Positions 19,927 through 26,536 of a stretch of 34,350 nucleotides of DNA are shown here, piece after piece. A program made the position numbers and the translations under genes. Each line of letters starts with the position of its first letter. Position 1 is the stretch's first letter. The notes beneath the pieces are model-generated. The model was not told the origin of the DNA. It worked only from the letters and a program-made list of their open reading frames with translations, and did not search any database. Origin of the DNA: an uncultured cyanobacterium (GTDB lineage: Bacteria; Cyanobacteriota; Cyanobacteriia; Leptolyngbyales; Leptolyngbyaceae); the NCBI GenBank assembly GCA_963766075.1, contig CAVYAN010000027.1, positions 1 through 34,350 on the forward strand, given 5' to 3'.

Positions 19927-20009
19927 GCTATTTCATGGTTTGTAGGTGCTTTAGTACTATCTGCGGACGTGATTTCGTCCATGTATGGGCTATTCGTGCT
20001 TTCCACATC

Positions 20010-20824
20010 TTCCCCGACCTCCTAAAACTCTTCCCTACAGAATCCGACGAACAGGCATTCTGAGCTAGCTACAAATACTACAATTATGAAATCTTCCGCT
20101 CCCCACCCGCCCAGCCCCAGCCCAGCCAGCAGGACACCCTTGCTAAAATCGGAACAACCGTAGACCTGATTGACTGACACAAGTCCTGCAAGCCTTGCGA
20201 GGAAGCGGTTTTGGTCTGGGGTGCTTTTTTTCGATTCTGAGGCTCTTGGGATTCGAGTGAAGTCCCTCCTGCGATTGAGTTTAAGCCCTATCACTGGGCT
20301 GTTGCCCAAACCCAGATAAGGCGGGGCATCCAAGAGATGTGTCAGTCAATCAGCCCGTAGACACCATCGCTAAAACCATGTCAGACCAACCCTCCATCGC
20401 CATCACCGGCGGTACCTTCAACGCCCCCGCCCCCAACCAAGGCCATCAACCTACCACCATCATCGGCACCCAACACAACTACTTCGGCACCGACGACACC
20501 CTCCTCCAACAAATCACCGAACTCCAACAATTCATCACCGAACTCGAAACCCAACACCCCCACATCCAAACCCTCCCCGAAGCCGAAGCCGCCCGCGACC
20601 AAGCCATCACCAAAATCCAAGCCACCAACCCCACCCGTTGGCAAACCATCCGCCACCAAATGCGCCTACTCAAACGCCAACTCCTCAACCCCGAGCGCCA
20701 CGCCCAAGCCGCCAAAGCCACCCTCATCGAAGTCACCAAAGCCGCATGGGAAAAAAGCCTGATCGCCAAAGCCACCATCACCTACATCGATAAACTCAGC
20801 GAAACCCCCGACCAAGGAGCTTAA
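20010..20824 (+). pseudogene. 3' remnant of a NACHT/HEAT-type gene, interrupted by a MITE; distal part intact as ORF 20378-20824
   Basis: Removing the MITE and one target copy gives a single frame FPDLLKLFPTESDEQAF*ASYKYYNYEIFRSPPAQPQPSQQDTLAKIGTTVDTIAKTMSDQP...; homologous to 21431-21590 and 23134-23538. The NACHT/HEAT link is from recall of similar cyanobacterial C-termini. Confidence 0.75.
20166..20353. mobile_element. 188-bp MITE with IS4-family (IS50/Tn5-like) 19-bp ends and 9-bp target duplication
   Basis: Left end CTGATTGACTGACACAAGT, right end (reverse complement) CTGATTGACTGACACATCT; flanks ACCGTAGAC (20157-20165) and CCCGTAGAC (20354-20362). Confidence 0.88.
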
Positions 20825-20830
20825 ATCATG
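20763..20830 (+). repeat. 68-bp near-identical direct repeat, copy 1 (copy 2 at 23477-23544)
   Basis: TCGCCAAAGCCAYCATCACCTACATCGAYAAACTCAGCGAAACCCCCGACCAAGGAGCTTAAATCATG; 2 mismatches; includes the stop codon, an AAGGAG RBS and the next ATG. Confidence 0.9.
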
Positions 20831-21055
20831 GAAATTGCACCTCACATTAATGTCGATCCGGCGATCTGCGGCGGTACCCCTGTGATCACGGGTACCCGTA
20901 TCCCAGTATCGATTGTCATTAGCGCCCTCGCCAGCGACATGACCGAAGCTGAAGTCATGGCCGAATACGTCCTTAGTCAACCTCAAATCAAGGCCGCTCT
21001 CGCCTACGCTGCCGATATGGTGAAACACGTCGAAGTCTTCCCAATTGGAGCCTAG
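20828..21055 (+). CDS. DUF433-family protein (putative antitoxin)
   Basis: INVDPAICGGTPVITGTRIPV...EVMAEY.LS..QIKAALAYA. Confidence 0.92.
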   Translation: MEIAPHINVDPAICGGTPVITGTRIPVSIVISALASDMTEAEVMAEYVLSQPQIKAALAYAADMVKHVEVFPIGA

Positions 21056-21058
21056 ACG

Positions 21059-21748
21059 GTGAATTTTCTAGTTGATGAAAATATGCCGCGATCGCTGGCC
21101 GCCAAAATCGCCGCGCTGGGCTTCGCCGTCCAAGATGTCCGAGACATTGGATTGGCAGGTTATCCCGATGAAGCAGTGATGCAAGTTGCCATCGCCACCG
21201 ATGCCATCATCATTACTGGCGATCGCCGCTTTGCTGATCCTCGCAGTTGGCCGGAAGCCTTCACCGCCGCTGTCATCTTCATTACACTGCCAGAAGGCAC
21301 ATCCAGTAGGATCTGGGTTGCTAAAGTCCTTGGACTCATCCAACATCGTCTACCCACTTCGCTCTTGGGTGCCTATACCACAGTAGAAATGAGTCGTTCC
21401 CTTTCGCGGCCCATCCGCCGTCGATCTAACGCGATCGCCTCCCACCTCCTGACCTTACTCCCCACCGATTCCGGTCAAAATGCCCATCGTGCCATCCTCG
21501 CCATCCAAGCCAACTGCAAATACTACAACCACGACATCTTCCGCTCTCCACCCGCCTTACCCCAGCCCAGCCAGTCCCCGACCCCAGGCACCACCATCCA
21601 CGTTGCAGGTGATTACATTGCGGGCGACAAAGTCCAAGGCGATAAAATTGCGGGTAACAAAACCGAATTCCCCAACGCCACCGAAGTCAAAATCTTCGAG
21701 CAAGTCGATCGCTACCACACAACCCCCACCCAAGATCCGCCATCATAG
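21059..21748 (+). CDS. DUF5615 PIN-like toxin (to about 21430) fused in frame to a NACHT/HEAT-type C-terminal remnant (21431-21748)
   Basis: FLVDENMPR, DVRDIGLAGYPDE, IIITGDRRF; after HIP1 at 21431-21438 the frame reads AILAIQANCKYYNHDIFRSPP...FPNATEVKIFEQV. Confidence 0.82.
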   Translation: MNFLVDENMPRSLAAKIAALGFAVQDVRDIGLAGYPDEAVMQVAIATDAIIITGDRRFADPRSWPEAFTAAVIFITLPEGTSSRIWVAKVLGLIQHRLPTSLLGAYTTVEMSRSLSRPIRRRSNAIASHLLTLLPTDSGQNAHRAILAIQANCKYYNHDIFRSPPALPQPSQSPTPGTTIHVAGDYIAGDKVQGDKIAGNKTEFPNATEVKIFEQVDRYHTTPTQDPPS

Positions 21749-21781
21749 AATCACACCCACCCATCCCGTTCAGAGAAAAAG

Positions 21782-22096
21782 ATGCTTGCACCCACTCCCT
21801 ATCCTCATCTCGAAACCCCCACGGGCCAACCCGCCTACCTTAAACGCCTCCCCCGTATCCGCGTCGCCCAGATCGTCATGGACTACCTCACCCACGGGTG
21901 GTCCGTCGATGAAATTTGCCACCAGCACCCCTACCTCCTCCCCGCCGAAGCCCACGCCGCCATGACCTACTACTTCGATCACCCCACCGCCATCGAAGCC
22001 GAAATTCAACAAGAACTGCAACAACTTGAACAAATCCGCGCCACCGCTCCTCCCTCGCGATTCCTTACCCGCATGCACACAGAAGGGAGACTGTAG
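21782..22096 (+). CDS. DUF433-family protein (putative antitoxin)
   Basis: RIRVAQIV, GWSVDEICHQHPYLLPAEAHAAMTYYFDH..IEAEI. Confidence 0.88.
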   Translation: MLAPTPYPHLETPTGQPAYLKRLPRIRVAQIVMDYLTHGWSVDEICHQHPYLLPAEAHAAMTYYFDHPTAIEAEIQQELQQLEQIRATAPPSRFLTRMHTEGRL

Positions 22097-22098
22097 GC

Positions 22099-22446
22099 AT
22101 GGCAATCGCGCTCTATATGGATGTCCACATCCCCCAATCCATCACCATCCAACTGCGTCGCCGCCACATCGACGTGCTGACCGCCCAGGAAGACAACGCA
22201 ATCGCACTGCCTGATCATGAACTGCTAGAACGCAGCACCACTCTCGGACGCGTCCTCTTTACCCAAGACATCCGCTTCCGCGCTCTAGCTGAAACTTGGC
22301 AACGCGAAGGCAAACCCTTTGCTGGACTGATCTTCGGTCATCAACTTGGCGGCACCATCGGGCAATTCGTCAAAGCTCTCGAATTCATTGCCCAAGCCTC
22401 CGACCCCGAAGACTGGCAAAACATGGTGGAATACATCCCATTCTAA
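22099..22446 (+). CDS. DUF5615 PIN-like protein (putative toxin)
   Basis: LYMDVHIP, LRRRHIDVLTAQED, LPDHELL, GRVLFTQD.RF, FAGLIF. Confidence 0.88.
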   Translation: MAIALYMDVHIPQSITIQLRRRHIDVLTAQEDNAIALPDHELLERSTTLGRVLFTQDIRFRALAETWQREGKPFAGLIFGHQLGGTIGQFVKALEFIAQASDPEDWQNMVEYIPF

Positions 22447-22486
22447 AATTCAAGCCCGTTAAACCTATCCCCCAGGACAAAAAATC

Positions 22487-22708
22487 ATGGTCTCAGCCCA
22501 ACTCATCGCCACCCTCGACAAACTCCCCCCCAACCTCCAAGCCGAAATCCTTCACTACGCCGAATACCTCGCCGCCCAATATACCCAAACCCCAAGCCCT
22601 GAAGCATCCCCACCCCAAACCTATCGGCAAGCCGGAACCATGAAAGGCATGTTCACCATGGCCGACGACTTCGACGCTCCCCTAGAAGACCTCAAAGACT
22701 ACATGTAA
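22487..22708 (+). CDS. DUF2281-family antitoxin
   Basis: LDKLPPNLQAEILHYAEYL...RQAGTMKGMFTMADDFDAPLEDLKDYM. Confidence 0.88.
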   Translation: MVSAQLIATLDKLPPNLQAEILHYAEYLAAQYTQTPSPEASPPQTYRQAGTMKGMFTMADDFDAPLEDLKDYM

Positions 22709-22710
22709 CC

Positions 22711-23092
22711 ATGACGCATCTGCTCGACACCCACACCCTGATCTGGTTTCTCGAAAACGACCCTCAACTTCCCACCGTCACCCGCATCCAGATCCAAACC
22801 ACCCCCACTCTCTTCATCAGCATCGTCTCCCTGTGGGAAATCGCTATCAAAGCCAACATCGGCAAACTCAAGCTCTCCTTTCCCTTCAACACAATTGAAC
22901 CTAACCTCATCGCCATAGGTATCACCCAACTTCCTGTCACCTTCAAAGACCTGGAAATCTACCTCTCTGCCCCTCCATCACCGCGACCCATTTGATCGAA
23001 TTCTTATCGCCCAAGCTATGAACCATTCCCTCACCTTCATCAGCCGAGATACCCAAATGGATACCTACCCCATTCAAAGACTTTGGGGCTAA
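22711..23092 (+). pseudogene. vapC: VapC/PIN toxin with a frameshift in a CT run near 22962-22970
   Basis: LLDTHTLIWF, SIVSLWEIAIK; continuation LPLHHRDPFDRILIAQA...ISRD...IQRLWG in a second frame ending at TAA 23092. May be a sequencing error. Confidence 0.85.
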
Positions 23093-23133
23093 TACAAGTC
23101 AAAAACCCCTCAAGTAAACCTAAAGATAATCAA

Positions 23134-23538
23134 ATGACGAATAATTCAAAATATAACTTTCCCAACGCTCAAAAAGTCCAAATCTTCGAGCAAGTAGAAA
23201 CCTATATCGAACACAACCACCTCACTGATCTTGAGATTAAAGCTGCCATTACCGATCTGCAAACCTTGATCAGCACCTTACAAACCCAGCACCCCACCGT
23301 CACTAGCGAAACCCAAGCCCTTGACATCATCGACGCCGAATTCACCGAAATTAAACACAACCCTAGCCACAAACTCGCCACCCTGCGCAAACAAATCCTC
23401 AACCCAGAACGTCATCTCCAAGCCACCAAAGTCACCCTCGGCGAAGTCGCCAAACACTATCTAGAAGAAAGCGTCTTCGCCAAAGCCATCATCACCTACA
23501 TCGACAAACTCAGCGAAACCCCCGACCAAGGAGCTTAA
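23134..23538 (+). CDS. Stand-alone C-terminal module, paralogue of 20378-20824
   Basis: FPNAQKVQIFEQV (compare FPNATEVKIFEQV near 21667), LNPERH.QA.K.TL.EV, ITYIDKLSETPDQGA. Confidence 0.75.
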   Translation: MTNNSKYNFPNAQKVQIFEQVETYIEHNHLTDLEIKAAITDLQTLISTLQTQHPTVTSETQALDIIDAEFTEIKHNPSHKLATLRKQILNPERHLQATKVTLGEVAKHYLEESVFAKAIITYIDKLSETPDQGA

Positions 23539-23541
23539 ATC

Positions 23542-23799
23542 ATGCAAATCACCACTCAGTTTGAAATCCCCGAAAACCTCGCCCCCTATCTCGCAGCCCA
23601 AATCACCACCGGAGCATACGCCACCCTCAACGACTACATCCAGTCCCTCGTTCAAGCCGACCTCACCCACAAAGTCCAACTCAAAACCAAATTGCTCGAA
23701 TCCCTCGAATCCCCCGCCACCCCTATGACCCCAGCCGACTGGGAGCACATCCGCGCCACCGTTCGCCAAAACATCAGTCAAGCCAATCCCAATGCCTAA
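23542..23799 (+). CDS. parD: ParD-family (RHH) antitoxin
   Basis: AQITTGAYATLNDYIQSLV, LLESLES..TPMTPADWEHIR; overlaps the start of a ParE-like frame. Confidence 0.8.
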   Translation: MQITTQFEIPENLAPYLAAQITTGAYATLNDYIQSLVQADLTHKVQLKTKLLESLESPATPMTPADWEHIRATVRQNISQANPNA

Positions 23800-23893
23800 A
23801 CTGATCAAACGTGCCGTCGTCATCCAAGATTTGATCGATATTGCCACCTACATCAGCCAAGACGCGCCAGCAAAATCGCGGGCATCGAACTGA
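23792..23893 (+). pseudogene. parE: 5' fragment of a RelE/ParE toxin
   Basis: MPKLIKRAVVIQDLIDIATYISQDAP then loss of similarity and a stop after 33 codons. Confidence 0.72.
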
Positions 23894-23991
23894 TGGAATT
23901 TCAAAAACTGATCAGCGATCGCGGCATCTGCATCCATTACGACGTTGAAGACTTTGCCCAAGATGTCCAACATCTCCGCGATCGGGGTTAA
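23863..23991 (+). pseudogene. 3' fragment of a UPF0175-family antitoxin
   Basis: ASKIAGIELMEFQKLISDRGICIHYDVEDFAQDVQHLRDRG*; the N-terminal half is missing. Confidence 0.7.
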
Positions 23992-25173
23992 TCATTCAGA
24001 AAGCATCTGGCGCTTTTTGACGGTGAAGTTACCGATCATGCCGATCGCGGCCAAACCCCAACCCACTAACCCGCCCAATAGTAATCCCGGCATTGATAGC
24101 CAATGGAAAAGCGCCAGCAAAGATGCGATCGCCGTCGCTATGCCCATGCCGCCAAAGTATAACCCCACGCCAAGTCCTGCATGATCGGGGGCAACCGTCA
24201 TTAATGCCCAGGGGACTTGAGCCACAAATAGCCAGCCCAATGAAATCCCTAAACTCGCCAGCATCATGGGTAATAGTAGGGTTGGCAAGCCTAGCAGCAA
24301 CACGAATAAGTTGAGTCCGACCCAACTGGCAGCGGTGAATAGGGCACGCCCCCACCCCCACCGCTGACTCGCCACCTCCATCGGCAACGTCGCGATCGCA
24401 CCAATGAGCAAAATTACCGTCACGATATAGGCGGGCGGCCAACCCAATAAGGGGTGTAGGATCGTCGGCGCTGTCCGCATCAGCAGATTCACCAAAAGTC
24501 CCAGCCCAATTCCAGTCACCAAAATTGTGCCCCTTTCCCAGGGAGAAGGCATTGCTGTTGGCGGTAGTTCGACGGTCACCTCTTGTAAACGCGGCTGACT
24601 TATCCACAGCACCAGGCCACCACTCACTAATAACCCTGCGCCCAATAGAAACGCCAATGACATGCCGATTTGCTGAATTAAATCTAAAAATAAAGGCCCA
24701 ATCGCTCCAGCCAATCCAAATACCACGGTCAAAATCCCATTCGCGATCGGCAATTCCCGACTGGGAGCCAACTGTCGGAGTAAGGCGATCGCGGGGCCGC
24801 GAAAAATGAGCATCGCGATGACCCAAAACGTCATCATCAATGGGACAAGCCAACGCCACATCGGGGGAATTTGAACCTGTAACACAGTGGCCGTCAAGAC
24901 AAAAATTAACCCCGCTAAGGTAATCCCAACGGTAATTTGTGGGAGGCGATCGCCGACTTTGCTCGCAAAGAGATCGGACAATGCGCCAATCCACGGTTCC
25001 ACCACGCCCCCCAAAAAACCTTGAAAGGCCGCTAGCAACACCACCCAATGACCAAAGCCCAGCTTTTGCAGAATGATCGGTTGATAGAAGTCATAAATCA
25101 TCCAACACAGCACAACCGCAATCAGCAATAGGGATAACCCTAAAACTTGTTTCCAAAGCATCAAAGGAGACAT
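23992..25173 (-). CDS. MFS transporter
   Basis: EPWIGALSD, IFRGPAIALL, GLGVGLYFGG; many hydrophobic segments. Confidence 0.85.
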   Translation of the reverse strand: MSPLMLWKQVLGLSLLLIAVVLCWMIYDFYQPIILQKLGFGHWVVLLAAFQGFLGGVVEPWIGALSDLFASKVGDRLPQITVGITLAGLIFVLTATVLQVQIPPMWRWLVPLMMTFWVIAMLIFRGPAIALLRQLAPSRELPIANGILTVVFGLAGAIGPLFLDLIQQIGMSLAFLLGAGLLVSGGLVLWISQPRLQEVTVELPPTAMPSPWERGTILVTGIGLGLLVNLLMRTAPTILHPLLGWPPAYIVTVILLIGAIATLPMEVASQRWGWGRALFTAASWVGLNLFVLLLGLPTLLLPMMLASLGISLGWLFVAQVPWALMTVAPDHAGLGVGLYFGGMGIATAIASLLALFHWLSMPGLLLGGLVGWGLAAIGMIGNFTVKKRQMLSE

Positions 25174-25310
25174 GGTAATTGTTGGCGTGAAAGAATGGCG
25201 AATGATTAAACGCACGGCTGTCCCGGCTTAAAACATGCCCCGACTTAAAACAATATACGCGATTGAACGGGGGGTGGATTCATGGCCATCGGCAGGGCTG
25301 GGGGAATTGC

Positions 25311-26201
25311 CTAGCTTTGGGAGACCTTGAATGGCGTGCCGCTGCGCAGCCGATCGCGTTGGCGATCGCGCTTCTCCGGCGTTAACTCGTCAATGCAATG
25401 GGGGCAGGAAATGCCAAATTCATAGCCATCGGCCTGTTTATCCGCTTCAGAAATCGGGTGGCCACAACTAAGGCACATCTCATGACTCCCCAACGCCAAA
25501 CCCTGCTGCATCGCCACCCGCTGGTCAAACACAAAACATTCCCCTTGCCACAGACTGGCCTCGGCGGGCACCGTTTCCAGGTACTTCAGGATGCCGCCCT
25601 TGAGGTGATAGACCTCGGCAAAGCCCTGGGTCACCAGCAAAGCGGAGGCTTTTTCGCACCGAATCCCCCCGGTGCAAAACATGGCAATTTTTTTGTGCTG
25701 GGTGGGATCGAGGTGCCGCTGCACATAGTCCGGAAACTCGCGGAAGCTGCGGGTCTGGGGGTTGATGGCCCCAGCAAAGGTGCCAATGCTGACTTCATAG
25801 TCATTGCGGGTATCGATTACCAAAACCTCTGGATCGGTAATCAAGGCATTCCAGTCCTGGGAATCCACATAGGTGCCCACCTGCTGACTGGGTTGGATTT
25901 CGGGCCGACCCAGGGTGACAATTTCGGATTTCAAGCGGACTTTCATCCGGTCGAAGGGGGGCGTATCGGCGGTGGAACGCTTCACCTCCAGATCGGCAAA
26001 GCGGGGATCCTGCTGGAGGGCCGCTAGGACTGTGGCGATCGCGGCCTCTGTCCCGGCAATCGTGCCATTAATACCCTCTGCTGCCAGCAAAATTGTGCCC
26101 CGAATATCCTGGGCTTGGCACAGGTCCAACAGCGGTTGCCGTTGGGCCGCCGCATCCGGCACGCTAACAAATTTATAGAAGGTGGCAACAACCAGAGACA
26201 T
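25311..26201 (-). CDS. trhO: Rhodanese-domain tRNA uridine(34) hydroxylase (TrhO/YceA)
   Basis: FYKF, GTILLAAEGINGT, IDTRNDYE..IGTF, MFCTGGIRCEKAS, LKGGILKY, WQGECFVFD.RV. Confidence 0.92.
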   Translation of the reverse strand: MSLVVATFYKFVSVPDAAAQRQPLLDLCQAQDIRGTILLAAEGINGTIAGTEAAIATVLAALQQDPRFADLEVKRSTADTPPFDRMKVRLKSEIVTLGRPEIQPSQQVGTYVDSQDWNALITDPEVLVIDTRNDYEVSIGTFAGAINPQTRSFREFPDYVQRHLDPTQHKKIAMFCTGGIRCEKASALLVTQGFAEVYHLKGGILKYLETVPAEASLWQGECFVFDQRVAMQQGLALGSHEMCLSCGHPISEADKQADGYEFGISCPHCIDELTPEKRDRQRDRLRSGTPFKVSQS

Positions 26202-26212
26202 GACGGCAGGGT

Positions 26213-26488
26213 TTAGGATTGGGGCGGAATCACTTGGATGGTATTGGTGGCGCGATCGCGCACCAGCAGAACGGCCTCGGCCTCGGGTTCGGCTCCCGCT
26301 TCTGCTAACTTGACATAGAGCTTTTCGCCACGAGACTCTACCGCAAAGTCAGCATTTTGGGCGTAGAGCACTTTGAAGCCGCGATCCTGTAAGCAGTACT
26401 TAGCCCAGTTTTTCAGCGTTTGGCGGGATTCATCAAACACCATGGGCGGATTGGCAAACACAGCTTGGATCAGGGCAACGGTGTCCAC
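26213..26488 (-). CDS. Conserved hypothetical protein
   Basis: TLKNWAKYCLQDRGFKVLYAQNADFAVE; co-oriented and tightly spaced between trhO and the ABC ATPase. Confidence 0.6.
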   Translation of the reverse strand: MDTVALIQAVFANPPMVFDESRQTLKNWAKYCLQDRGFKVLYAQNADFAVESRGEKLYVKLAEAGAEPEAEAVLLVRDRATNTIQVIPPQS

Positions 26489-26536
26489 AGGTAATCTCCA
26501 ACGACAGGGGCTAGCCTATTTTAGCCTTCCCCGGCT

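Noticed and set aside
20022..20333. 103-aa minus-strand ORF upstream of the retron as a retron accessory gene
   Set aside because: It is read mostly across the MITE interior and antisense to the C-terminal remnant, and the retron already carries a fused effector.
24029..25048. 339-aa alternative-frame ORF over the MFS gene, and other long shadow ORFs (2960-3700, 25398-26027, 27584-28339)
   Set aside because: They overlap well-supported genes and show no recognisable motifs.
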